A stretch of 32,005 bases of DNA from Candidatus Zixiibacteriota bacterium (GCA_041742355.1 JBGSIV010000064.1:1-32005), one strand, 5' to 3'. Shown: positions 9,253 through 18,607, counted from the first letter of the stretch. The notes: generated by a model from the letters alone, not told the origin. Numbers and translations are program-made.

Positions 9253-10188
9253 TCAATTGGCTGCAGGCGCCAGTGGTGCAAAAGCCGTCGAAAAACTTGC
9301 GTTCGGCTTCAGGTAGATCCGGCTGTGCGAATAATCGAAGATGATGTTGAATCGGCGCAGGCAGTCGTTGCCGATGATGCCGTCGGCACCCGCCTGTTTG
9401 GAACGCACTTCGGACGGCGCAAAGGCCGTGGAGACTCCGGCCAGCGCGAATCCGCCCAGCCACAGGTGACAACTCATGCCGATCGATCCATGGATATCAC
9501 CGCTGAGGCCCGTGCCAAGGTAGCTGGGGATGAGGCTGTGGGGAAGCGTGTACTTCTGATCGGGCCTGGTGAGGAGCTCCAGGGGTTTGTCTGACGCCAG
9601 GTCGATATACAAGCTGACGGCCGTGGTTTCACCCTCGACGACTTCGACCGTACCCTCGAGGAAGGGAATGTTGTTCTGGAGCGTGATGGGGATTTCACGC
9701 CAGGAGCTATCGGGTGCGGTGAAGTCCTGGTCGTGGAGCGTTATTTTCTCGGCGTCATAATCGATTTCAACCGTATAGTGGCCGAGGAGACTCCAGCCGA
9801 CAACGCCGTCCGAAGGGAAGTTCTGGGTGAGATCGCTCAGCGAGACAATCACCCGCTGGTTATTCATGGAGACGTCTCCGCATTCCAGTGCTCCGTGCTC
9901 GATCATCAGCGCCTTCGAGGGCTCTCCCGCGCCGGCACCCGGAACACGGACCTCGACAATCCCGGAAGTATCCATGCCGCTGAGAGCTGCGCTCTTGAAC
10001 AGATAGACGCCGTCAAAACCCATACCTGTGTCGAGTATGAGGTCAAGGGGAGCGGAGCCACTGATGCGGGTCGGAATGGTGACGACGTTTCGTTTCAGCT
10101 TAAACGGGACGTACAGGTCGTCGGCCCACGCTCCACGCGTGGGAGCAAGCGACAGGATAATCAAAGTCACTGTGATGCTGCGGTTCAT
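9253..10188 (-). CDS. Secreted retropepsin-like aspartyl protease with two tandem domains
   Basis: Signal peptide MNRSITVTLIILSLAPTRGAWA. Domain 1 has LILDTG...DGVVGWSLL..IDY; domain 2 has LYIDLAS...DGIIGNDCLRRFNIIFDY. Confidence 0.8.
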   Translation of the reverse strand: MNRSITVTLIILSLAPTRGAWADDLYVPFKLKRNVVTIPTRISGSAPLDLILDTGMGFDGVYLFKSAALSGMDTSGIVEVRVPGAGAGEPSKALMIEHGALECGDVSMNNQRVIVSLSDLTQNFPSDGVVGWSLLGHYTVEIDYDAEKITLHDQDFTAPDSSWREIPITLQNNIPFLEGTVEVVEGETTAVSLYIDLASDKPLELLTRPDQKYTLPHSLIPSYLGTGLSGDIHGSIGMSCHLWLGGFALAGVSTAFAPSEVRSKQAGADGIIGNDCLRRFNIIFDYSHSRIYLKPNASFSTAFAPLAPAAN

Positions 10189-10313
10189 AATAGTACTTCC
10201 CGAAGCGCCCCGGTCGGCGGATGTGGCGACCGGGGCAGTGCATCGTTCTGGTTTGTCTTCCATGCATTAAGGCTGTGCTTCACTCATCGCACGGCTCTCA
10301 TGGTGGCAATAAG

Positions 10314-12350
10314 TCAGAGCACCTGATGGTCCCTGTACCGGAAGCAGTCGCCGCCGTTCTCCGGGCAGGCAAGCTGGACCGTAAGCCCGTGCTCCTTCAG
10401 CAACTCGGGAAGCGCACGGAACTGGTGCTCGTTGTTCATAGCGTGCTGCGGGAAAAATACGACAGGAGCCAGCGTTTTCAGCGCGTAGATGTTCCCCTCC
10501 CTCACGGATTCCGGAGTTCCCAGGCTGCAGCCGGTGATCGGCAGAAACGCAAAGTCGATCGGCCTGCCCAGCGAAGCAATATAGTCGATTTCGTCGGTAT
10601 ACGGCGCATGGAGGCCGGTTTGGTTGGGGGAGTGATCGCCGGCTCGACCGTTGGAATGATCCCCGGCATGGAAGATCACCAGACCGTCAACCTCGACGAG
10701 GAAACCGACGCCCGCATCGGTTGCCCGAATTGTCCGCACGCGCATGCCGTCGATCATCTGATCGGTGCGCGGCGCCGTGTAGGTGTACTCCTCCGCAATT
10801 CTCGGTTGATGCCCCATCACGTACGTGATGTTCGGAATAACATCCCGCCAGGCGAAGATCGATGTATCGTAGTGATCGCCGTGCTCGTGGGAACAGAAAA
10901 CCGTCACCGGTAGATCCTTGATCTGAGCCGGATCTATCCGCCCATTGGCAAGGCACGGTCGGTCTGGAACCGACAGCGGCGTATTATAGTCGAAGACCAG
11001 GTAGTGGTTGACCGTCTTGATCGCCCACGCCGAGTGGCCAAGATACCAGACAACAGCCTCCTTATCCCCAAGTCCTTCGGCCAACATTTCGGTCGGCCTG
11101 CTTGCCGCCTCGTCGGGAAGGGACGCCCCCCGCGCCTTCAGCGCCGACGCGACACCAGGATTGGCGTAATGAATCGCGTAGTGAAGGGGGGGCTTGCCGT
11201 CTTGATCCGCTGCGTCCACGCCAGCGCCGTGATCAAGCAGCAGCTTCACCATGCTGGAATCTCCCTTGATCGCCGCCTTATGCAGAAGCGTGCGGCCGTA
11301 ATTGCGATCGGTCGCGTTCACTTCCGCGCCCCCCTCAATGAGCACAGCGGCGATCTCGTCCGCACCCTGCATGACTGCCGCGTGCAGGGGGGATTCGCCC
11401 TGCCGAGCACGGTGATTGACATTTGCGCCGGCATTGACCAAAAGGCGGACTGTCTCCACGTTGCCGCTGAACACCGCAGTCGAAATCGGTGCGGGCACCG
11501 AGTCGTTTGTCGGTTCTACGCTTGCTCCGTGCGCAACGAGCCACTTGGCCATCTCGTGATTCCCCCATGCCGCCGCGGTCAGGGGTGTCATCCCCCAGTT
11601 GTCGGTTCCGTTCACATCGAGCCCACGTGCGAGCAGCATCGCCGCAATGGCCGTGTCCCCGCGCACAGCCGCCGTGTACATCCGGGTCTCTCCGTGATCG
11701 CTGCGGTACTGCAAATCGGCGCCGTGTTCGATCAACGTGGCCGCTATGCCCGGGTAGTTGTTCATGCTCGCATAGTAGAGCGCGTCAAATCCGCTGCGGT
11801 TCCTTTTGTTGATGTCGAATCCCCTCGTGAGAAGGTAGTCGACCAGCGAATCGGCGCCGACCGAGGCCGCTATGATGAGGCAGTTGGAGCCGAGAGCGCT
11901 GGTGTCGGTTATCTGGGCGCCGTGGTCAACGAGAAATCGGACCATTGCCAGGTTCCTCTGACGCGCCGCCGAAATGAGCGCCGTCACGCCATTATCATCC
12001 CTTGCCGTAACATCCGCTCCACGCTCCACCAACAGCCTGACGACATCCATCCGGTTCCCCATCGCCGCGTTGACCAAGGGGCTGGAGTCTTCACGATCTC
12101 CGGTATTGATGTCGGCTCCGCGTGCCAGCAGAAGTTCCACGATAGCCAGATGACCCCGGTTCGCCGCCAGGTGCAGAGGTAGGGACTGAGCCGTGTCGCG
12201 ATCGTTGACCAGTTTCGGGTCCGATTCTAGCAGGCCGCGAACGCGCTCCAAATCACCCGCCACAATCGCGTCATGAATTTCCGAACCCCACACCTGCGCC
12301 GCAATTGACAGCACCGACACCACGAGTAGAACAGCTATTCTTTTGGACAT
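10314..12350 (-). CDS. Secreted ankyrin-repeat protein fused to a metallo-beta-lactamase-fold hydrolase
   Basis: Signal peptide; about 12 ankyrin repeats (e.g. PLHLAANRGHLAIVELLLARGADIN); C-terminal YLGHSAW, SHEHGDH, IFHAGD, FFPQH; GGAGG RBS upstream. Confidence 0.9.
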   Translation of the reverse strand: MSKRIAVLLVVSVLSIAAQVWGSEIHDAIVAGDLERVRGLLESDPKLVNDRDTAQSLPLHLAANRGHLAIVELLLARGADINTGDREDSSPLVNAAMGNRMDVVRLLVERGADVTARDDNGVTALISAARQRNLAMVRFLVDHGAQITDTSALGSNCLIIAASVGADSLVDYLLTRGFDINKRNRSGFDALYYASMNNYPGIAATLIEHGADLQYRSDHGETRMYTAAVRGDTAIAAMLLARGLDVNGTDNWGMTPLTAAAWGNHEMAKWLVAHGASVEPTNDSVPAPISTAVFSGNVETVRLLVNAGANVNHRARQGESPLHAAVMQGADEIAAVLIEGGAEVNATDRNYGRTLLHKAAIKGDSSMVKLLLDHGAGVDAADQDGKPPLHYAIHYANPGVASALKARGASLPDEAASRPTEMLAEGLGDKEAVVWYLGHSAWAIKTVNHYLVFDYNTPLSVPDRPCLANGRIDPAQIKDLPVTVFCSHEHGDHYDTSIFAWRDVIPNITYVMGHQPRIAEEYTYTAPRTDQMIDGMRVRTIRATDAGVGFLVEVDGLVIFHAGDHSNGRAGDHSPNQTGLHAPYTDEIDYIASLGRPIDFAFLPITGCSLGTPESVREGNIYALKTLAPVVFFPQHAMNNEHQFRALPELLKEHGLTVQLACPENGGDCFRYRDHQVL

Positions 12351-12924
12351 ATCGATCCGGCCTCCATTGATAAGGACCCTGCTCTTTGTTATTTATGTAA
12401 GTACTGACGAATCAGAACGCAGTTTGTTTTATCTATTTTCGCTGCGTGGTATGCGCACCTATTGCCCCGAACCTGCCAGTCTCCCGGCAAGTTGCTGGTC
12501 GCAGATGGCATCCCATTATCTGACAATTGATTATGCACCATCGAGAGGAACCCCACCGATGGTTCCGCTTGACAGCAACGGTTAAGTTTCGATGATGCCG
12601 TTAGAGCTTTCACCCGCCCGGAGTGTCCCTTTCATTGCAAACCACCGCATCGGGGGAGGATTTCCCTCGGACCGCTAGGATGAAGTGAATGCCGACCGCT
12701 CCTTCGACTGCATGCTGTCGTCTCCAACCCAGTCGGCCTCGTGACTTTGGTGTTCGATGCCGACAGGCTGCCGCCCGCATGTTCCTGAAGCGGCCTCCGT
12801 CGCACGCCCGATCTTGGAAGAGGCGACCCGCTGCGCTCGAAGCCGGTGGTCTTCGATCCAACACTTTTGAGTGCAGCTTCGTCGTGAATTTTCTATTTCA
12901 TAGATCCACTTAGTCACAAACAGC

Positions 12925-12953
12925 TTGCCGACGGAAGGACCGACCGGTATACT
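12925..12953 (+). promoter_or_regulatory. Putative sigma70 promoter of the cytochrome gene
   Basis: TTGCCG-N17-TATACT, ending 36 nt before ATG 12990. Confidence 0.55.
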
Positions 12954-12989
12954 CAGGTACTACAATATCACCAATCAAGGATGGTACCA

Positions 12990-14333
12990 ATGAAGCGGAT
13001 TGTGGTCTGCACTCTGCTCCTGTGTGTCAGCGCCTCCCTCGCCGCTCGCGAACACATTGTCATCGGCTGGAACGACCTTGGCATGCACTGCAGCAACAAG
13101 TACTTCGGTACCCTCGTCGTCCTCCCGCCGTTCAACAACATACGCGCCCAGGTGATTCACGTTGGCGATGCCCTCAACCTTCCGCAGGTGGTCACTACAG
13201 ATCTGCGCGTTTCCTACGAAATCCCCGGCAACACTTTCTCGGCAGGCAAGACTGACTTCTGGGACTACGAGAACCTCATCTTCGGTGTCGACCTGCCGCC
13301 CGACATCGGCCTCACCGGAAACGGCCTTTCCGGTGACATGGGCGCTGAGACGGATCACTTTTCCATCACCGGCGTTCCCATCACCCCGTTCCAGGATGCC
13401 GACCTCGTTCACGAGGATCCCTTCCAGCTCGGTTTGCTCACGTTGTATGACCATGCCGGTCAGCCGCTGGCCACCACCCAGAGTGTCGTCCCGGTATCCA
13501 ACGAAATCAACTGTGTCAGTGCCGGCTGCCATGCAAGCGAACAGGAGATCCTCAACGAGCACGATGCCGAAGGCGGTTTTGACCCGGCCAACAAGCCGAT
13601 CCTCTGTGCGTCCTGCCACTCCTCCAACGCCCTGGGTACCCCCGGCCAATCCGGCGTGCCATCCCTCTCAGAGGCGATCCATAAACAGCACGGGGGCATT
13701 ACCAATGATTGCTACAAATGTCACCCCGGGCCCAACACTCAGTGCCTGCGGGACGTCATGAAGACCGAGCACGGATTCACCTGCCAGACCTGCCACGGCA
13801 GTGTCACCGAAGTTGGGGAGAGCATCTCGGACGGTCGTATCCCCTGGTTGGAGGAGCCGCAGTGCGGCTCGGCGGCGTGTCACGGCCCGCAGTACGCCGA
13901 AGAGCCCGGCAAGCTGTTCCGTGAATCGCGCGGGCACGGCGGGCTGTTCTGCAGCGCCTGCCACGGCGAGCCCCACGCCATTGTGCCCAGCGGCCAGCCC
14001 CGCGACAATCTCCAGAATATCGCGCTGCAGGGATACGCCGGCACCCTGAACAAGTGCTCGGTGTGCCATGGCGTCACGCCCAGCGGCGCCGGCCCCCACG
14101 GTCTCCTTGCCAACTGCTGTATCGGTGCCCGTGGGAATGTCGATAATGTGGGGGAAGTCAATGTCGCCGACCTCACCTTTCTCGTCGCTTTTCTCTTCAA
14201 GGGGGGTGCGACCCCGGTCTGCATGCAGGAAGCGGACGTCGATGCCTCCGGCTCGGTCATTGTCAGCGACCTCACCTATCTCGTTAACTTCCTGTTCAAG
14301 GCTGGACTTGCGCCGGTTGCCTGCCCCGCATAA
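12990..14333 (+). CDS. Secreted multiheme cytochrome c with C-terminal dockerin-like domain
   Basis: Signal peptide; WNDLGMHC motif; five CxxCH (CASCH, CYKCH, CQTCH, CSACH, CSVCH) plus two CX4CH (CVSAGCH, CGSAACH); duplicated tail RGNVDNVGEVNVADLTFLVAFLFKGG / EADVDASGSVIVSDLTYLVNFLFKAG. Alternative start 12981. Confidence 0.88.
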   Translation: MKRIVVCTLLLCVSASLAAREHIVIGWNDLGMHCSNKYFGTLVVLPPFNNIRAQVIHVGDALNLPQVVTTDLRVSYEIPGNTFSAGKTDFWDYENLIFGVDLPPDIGLTGNGLSGDMGAETDHFSITGVPITPFQDADLVHEDPFQLGLLTLYDHAGQPLATTQSVVPVSNEINCVSAGCHASEQEILNEHDAEGGFDPANKPILCASCHSSNALGTPGQSGVPSLSEAIHKQHGGITNDCYKCHPGPNTQCLRDVMKTEHGFTCQTCHGSVTEVGESISDGRIPWLEEPQCGSAACHGPQYAEEPGKLFRESRGHGGLFCSACHGEPHAIVPSGQPRDNLQNIALQGYAGTLNKCSVCHGVTPSGAGPHGLLANCCIGARGNVDNVGEVNVADLTFLVAFLFKGGATPVCMQEADVDASGSVIVSDLTYLVNFLFKAGLAPVACPA

Positions 14334-14358
14334 TCAGCGCAACAGCACAAAACTGAAG

Positions 14359-14392
14359 GCCCCCGGCTCTGGATCAGCCGGGGGCTTCTTTG
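14359..14392 (+). terminator. Rho-independent terminator between convergent genes
   Basis: GCCCCCGGCT-N7-AGCCGGGGGC followed by TTCTTT. Confidence 0.8.
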
Positions 14393-14426
14393 TCTGCGCT
14401 TCAAGACATGAATACCGTCAGTTCAG

Positions 14427-15281
14427 TTACATCGGTCGCATCCCGATGATGGCGCCAAATCTCCCCTCCACTGCCTGCGCCTCGGCGTTCCCGGCGCCAA
14501 CGTGCGAGAAGAACCGGTCGAACTCGCACACAGTGCATATACCCGTATCGATGACCTTTCCATCACACATACCGGCTTCAAGCAATTGCTGCCGAATGAA
14601 CCCCGGCAGATCGAAGTGTCCCGATGAGTAGAACGGGCTCCGCTCACCATACGCCGCGAACACATTCGCCCTGATCCGCTGCCATGTCCGCGAATTCGAT
14701 GTATCGTAGTGGCACTGACGGATACTCGGAAATATTACTGCCTCCATGTCGGTCGGATCGCTTCCGAAGCTCTCAACCATCGCCGCTACCATCGCTTTGG
14801 CCAGTTGGTTGATCGCCCCCACCAGCCCGATGTGCGCGTTCCCGCAGATGCCAAGTCTCGGGTCGAAGAACGCCACCGCCGCGCAATCGGCCGTGATTAC
14901 CAGCGAGTACACTCCCGCCACGTTGAAAACCACGCCGTCGATGTACTCACGGTCCTTCGGGATTTCTGCATACAACTCGGGCGTCAGGTTCGGCCACTCG
15001 ATTATCTCCCCCGGCTCGGCCGCCAGGTATCCGCGGTCATCCAACCGCGAGAGAAAAGACTCATCCCGAAGTACAGCCACCCGATTGGTGTGCCGCAACG
15101 GGATCGAGAACAGCCGCGAAGGTTCAACCCCCAGCGTACCTGCCAAACGCACTCGCCGCTCGGTAGCTTCGGCCCTCGAAGCTGTCCGGTAGGACAGATT
15201 CCCCAGTTCCCGGGCCGTATACCCGTGAACCAGACTTGGGTGTCGCTCCCACATCGGTATCGTTTGCACTACTGCTGCCAT
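14427..15281 (-). CDS. PgeF/YfiH (laccase-domain / purine nucleoside phosphorylase-like) family protein
   Basis: His-Cys-His motifs LRHTN, ITADC, NAHIG; PSIRQCHY; FDL; CTVC..FFSH..GRF. Confidence 0.8.
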   Translation of the reverse strand: MAAVVQTIPMWERHPSLVHGYTARELGNLSYRTASRAEATERRVRLAGTLGVEPSRLFSIPLRHTNRVAVLRDESFLSRLDDRGYLAAEPGEIIEWPNLTPELYAEIPKDREYIDGVVFNVAGVYSLVITADCAAVAFFDPRLGICGNAHIGLVGAINQLAKAMVAAMVESFGSDPTDMEAVIFPSIRQCHYDTSNSRTWQRIRANVFAAYGERSPFYSSGHFDLPGFIRQQLLEAGMCDGKVIDTGICTVCEFDRFFSHVGAGNAEAQAVEGRFGAIIGMRPM

Positions 15282-15391
15282 TGTTTCGCCATGGTCGCAA
15301 TCCCGACAGGCTCAGTCAAGTTTATTGTGCGTTTTTGGTTGAATACGCCGCCCAGCACCCCGGTATATTCCGGTGTAAGAAGGAGAGCAAA

Positions 15392-15790
15392 ATGAGTGGA
15401 GCTGCCGCGGCTGCTGCCGCCCGCAAGCGACGTCTACAGGAACAGGAAGAGGAGGAACGATTGACTGCCTATGGCACAAACGACCTCGAAGGCTGGGAAT
15501 TCAAGATCGTCCGTTCGCTGACCGGGGCCTTCAGCAAACGGGAGGTTGTCGAGAAACTCCGCCAGGAAGAATCGCGGGCCGGATGGGAAATGATCGAGAA
15601 GTTCGACAACAACCGCATTCGTTTCAAACGCAATGTCGATCGCCGGGCCAACGACCACCTCCTGCCGATTGATCCCTACCGCACCTCGTATGGTATCGGC
15701 GAGGGCCGAATGGCCTTCATCGTCATCGCCGTGATCACCGTCCTGATTGCCGGCGTGTTACTGGCTACCGTTGTGCTCAAGAACCAGTAA
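15392..15790 (+). CDS. Hypothetical protein with C-terminal TM helix (WEFK...GWE, DUF4177-like)
   Basis: AAGGAGAG RBS before ATG 15392; GWEFKIVR...EESRAGWEM; hydrophobic C-terminus. Confidence 0.75.
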   Translation: MSGAAAAAAARKRRLQEQEEEERLTAYGTNDLEGWEFKIVRSLTGAFSKREVVEKLRQEESRAGWEMIEKFDNNRIRFKRNVDRRANDHLLPIDPYRTSYGIGEGRMAFIVIAVITVLIAGVLLATVVLKNQ

Positions 15791-15829
15791 AGCCGCCCCG
15801 ATCATCACTCTTACGCCGGGAGCCGGACC

Positions 15830-16663
15830 ATGAGTGGCATTCTCTTTCTCCGAACAGGCCAGCTTGGTGAGACTATCGAGTTCTACACCGGGCAGATCGA
15901 CTGCACTGTCTGGCTTGACCAGGGTGACTGCGTGATTCTCCGCCACGACAATCTCCTCGTCGGATTCTGCGAGCGGGAGTCCCCCCAGACCGATGTCATG
16001 CTCACCTTCTTCTACGACACTCCGCAGGCGGTCGATCGCCTGTTCGGACGGCTTCGCGGTATCGCGGTGGCTCCTCCGCGCTACAACGACCGGTATCGCA
16101 TCTACCAGTTCTTCGCCCGCGATCCCGAGGGCCGCATCCTCGAATTCCAGCACTTCGCCCACCCGATCGCCCAGTTCCGCTCCGGCGGCAATCTCCTCAC
16201 TACCCGCCGCAGTATCCGGGAATTCACCGCCGATCCCGTCCCCGACGCTCTCATCCACCGCATCATAGACAGCTGCCGTTTCGCGCCTACCGCGTACAAC
16301 AACCAGCCGCAGTACTATCGTATTGTGCGCGACCCCGATGACCTCCGTTTCCTCGCGGGCGTCCGCGAATCGGCCAGCGAGCCGATCGGCCGCGCACCCG
16401 TTGCGGTCGCCGTGTGCATCGACACCGCGCGTACGGCTCATGTCGTGGTCGACGGCGCCGTTGCCGTCTACCACTTTCTGCTTGCCGCCTGGGATCTCGG
16501 CCTGGCCACCTGCTGGATGGGGGACATGGATCAGCCGTTGATCAAGACCCGTCTCGGCATTCCTCCCGGGCACTATGTTGCCACCGTCACGCCGCTCGGT
16601 TTCCCGCGCGAGTATCCCGACTCCCCGCCGACGCGACAGAACATGAACCACTTCATTCGATAG
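15830..16663 (+). CDS. VOC/glyoxalase-like domain fused to a nitroreductase domain
   Basis: N-terminal FY...FFARDPEGRILEFQ; C-terminal RRSIREF..APTAYNNQP..AAWDLGLATCWMG..LGFP. Confidence 0.85.
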   Translation: MSGILFLRTGQLGETIEFYTGQIDCTVWLDQGDCVILRHDNLLVGFCERESPQTDVMLTFFYDTPQAVDRLFGRLRGIAVAPPRYNDRYRIYQFFARDPEGRILEFQHFAHPIAQFRSGGNLLTTRRSIREFTADPVPDALIHRIIDSCRFAPTAYNNQPQYYRIVRDPDDLRFLAGVRESASEPIGRAPVAVAVCIDTARTAHVVVDGAVAVYHFLLAAWDLGLATCWMGDMDQPLIKTRLGIPPGHYVATVTPLGFPREYPDSPPTRQNMNHFIR

Positions 16664-16669
16664 CTGCAT

Positions 16670-16924
16670 CTACCAGATCAGCGTTTGCAGTACCCGGTCG
16701 GTCAGGTGCGCCCGCCCGCTACCGGGTACGCCCGACCACTCGATAGAGACGCGATCGACATCGGGCGGTTGATTCTGTATGATTGAATCGGCCGGGTCGC
16801 GCGGTGTACCGTCCTCCTGCTGCACCGTGTCATCAGTGAGCCACATCACCGCCACCGCACCCGCGAAGAAGAGTCCCGCGAGAACGACCCCGACACCCAG
16901 CCACCATTGTGTTGACTTTTTCAT
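16670..16924 (-). CDS. Small hypothetical membrane-anchored protein
   Basis: GGAGG RBS; MKK followed by a hydrophobic helix WWLGVGVVLAGLFFAGAVAVMWL; no family recognised. Confidence 0.5.
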   Translation of the reverse strand: MKKSTQWWLGVGVVLAGLFFAGAVAVMWLTDDTVQQEDGTPRDPADSIIQNQPPDVDRVSIEWSGVPGSGRAHLTDRVLQTLIW

Positions 16925-17050
16925 TTTGCCCGCCTCCCGTATTTGCGCCGCGACCACCGGCCGGTCCGCCGCGCCGTGTGCTTCTATTGCTTGCTCACCC
17001 CTGGCGTATCATCCATCGCCCCCGCATCTCCCCCGGGAAAACCCATCAGC

Positions 17051-17082
17051 AAAAAGCGGCGCAGACGGAGTATCCGCGCCGC
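17051..17082 (-). terminator. Rho-independent terminator of the FKBP gene
   Basis: Minus strand GCGGCGCGGA..TCTGCGCCGC followed by TTTTT. Confidence 0.7.
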
Positions 17083-17106
17083 CAGACAATATCGGTCAAT
17101 CGATAG

Positions 17107-17535
17107 CTAGTTGATCGCCACCAATTCTATGTCGAAAATCAGCGTCTCGCCGGCAAGGGGATGGTTGGCATCCAGCGTTACCGTGCCATCTTCGATCCCG
17201 GTGATCTGGACGTTAACCAGGCTCCCGTCCGGCTGACGGACCTGAAGCCGCTGGCCTATGCGCGGCTTGACGTTGTCCGGGAACTGGTTGGCGTCGACGT
17301 CGACTATTAGATCCTCCCGGCGGTACCCATAGGCCTCATCCGGCGTCAGCGTCACCGTCTTGTTGTCTCCGACTTCCATGCCCACCAACCCCTGTTCGAA
17401 CCCGGGAATCACTTCCCCGGCCCCTACTTTTACCTGCAACGGTTCGCGCTCCCGCGAGCTGTCGAACACCGTTCCGTCCGGTAGTTTCCCGGTGTAGTGA
17501 ACACTTACGGCATCTCCCTCTTTGACCTGACTCAT
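17107..17535 (-). CDS. FKBP-type peptidyl-prolyl isomerase (SlyD/SlpA-like, no His-rich tail)
   Basis: VHYTGKLPDGTVFDSS, VIPGFEQGL, PDEAYG, LDANHPLAGETLIFDIE; GGAGG RBS before ATG 17535. Confidence 0.93.
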   Translation of the reverse strand: MSQVKEGDAVSVHYTGKLPDGTVFDSSREREPLQVKVGAGEVIPGFEQGLVGMEVGDNKTVTLTPDEAYGYRREDLIVDVDANQFPDNVKPRIGQRLQVRQPDGSLVNVQITGIEDGTVTLDANHPLAGETLIFDIELVAIN

Positions 17536-17797
17536 GACGTCCTCCAATGTTTCTCTGACTCTCTCCACTCAGCGTGTCATCCAGACTCTGAGATCCCGTC
17601 ACGCTTGCACTGCACCGAAACCGTCAGCAGCCCAGCCTTTTTCTGCACGCGCGAAACGTGCCGGCAAAATATCAGCGCAGGACACAGCGGCCGTTGCCGC
17701 GCTTGTCCCGCGACCTTGCTCTATACGTTCAACCGTACCCTGCCGCGATTGTTTCGAGAATGTGCCGCGTTCATTCCGACGGATCGATCCCCGCCCA

Positions 17798-18607
17798 TCA
17801 CGGCTTTGTAGCTCGCAGCAGGTAGCACAGCGGGATAGCCTGCAACGGTTCCAGGTGCACCCAGAGGTTGGCGATATCGTGCGGGTACTCGTGCAGCTCC
17901 CGAAGTATTAGGCCCGTCCCCGCAATCGGATTAATGACATCGCTGAATTTCTGGGTGTAGCTGTAACCAGGCGCCGACTCGTACTTCGTCCGGCCGACAT
18001 AGTCGATCCCATCCGTCGAGACCCAGGGGTCGGTCCGAAAATACGGATAAGCAACCCGCAAGGGGTTGGTGGCATCATACTCCGCCTCGTCCGGCGCCGC
18101 GAACACGTACGTGAACGGGTGCATCTCGTAGATCAGCAGTTCCCCGCCGGGGCGCATTAACCGGGCCACGATTGAGAAGAACCGCCCCAGATCGGGCAGC
18201 CACGAGAGCGCGCCGATCGTGATCAGCACGAGATCGAACCGCCCGTCCCATTCGCGGCCGATGTCATACACATCGCTCTGCACGAATCGGCAGTTGGTCC
18301 CGGCTACCTCGGCCAGCCCCTGCGCCTCGATAATCGCGGCATCGGAGATGTCGATCCCAAGCCCCACCGCCGCCCCGAGATTCATCACCGACAGCAGTTC
18401 TCGACCGTTATTGCAGCCGAGCTGAACCACCGCCTTGCCGTCCACGCCAATCTCCTGGAGCTTGGCGGTCAGCAGCTCATCCAAAACGGAAAACCCCGGC
18501 TGTGCGAATTTCTCCCGCAGGTCTTCCTTCCGCTGCTGCTGGTGAACCGACGTTGCCTGATTCCAGGCAATGCGATTCGCCCCTGTAATACGACGAATGT
18601 CATCCAT
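17798..18607 (-). CDS. Class I SAM-dependent methyltransferase
   Basis: VVQLGCNNG, GIDIS, FVQSDV, FDLV..GALSWLPDL, RPGG..YEMHP. Start is 18607 or GTG 18643. Confidence 0.88.
   Translation of the reverse strand: MDDIRRITGANRIAWNQATSVHQQQRKEDLREKFAQPGFSVLDELLTAKLQEIGVDGKAVVQLGCNNGRELLSVMNLGAAVGLGIDISDAAIIEAQGLAEVAGTNCRFVQSDVYDIGREWDGRFDLVLITIGALSWLPDLGRFFSIVARLMRPGGELLIYEMHPFTYVFAAPDEAEYDATNPLRVAYPYFRTDPWVSTDGIDYVGRTKYESAPGYSYTQKFSDVINPIAGTGLILRELHEYPHDIANLWVHLEPLQAIPLCYLLRATKP

Noticed and set aside
12351..12924. Small ORFs or an ncRNA in the ~570-bp gap
   Set aside because: The ORFs (e.g. 12675-12917, 12610-12864) lack an RBS or motifs, and I recognised no RNA family. An Rfam scan would be needed.
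17485..17498. Third copy of TTCCCGGTGTA
   Set aside because: It lies inside the FKBP coding sequence (HYTGK), so it is most likely coincidental.
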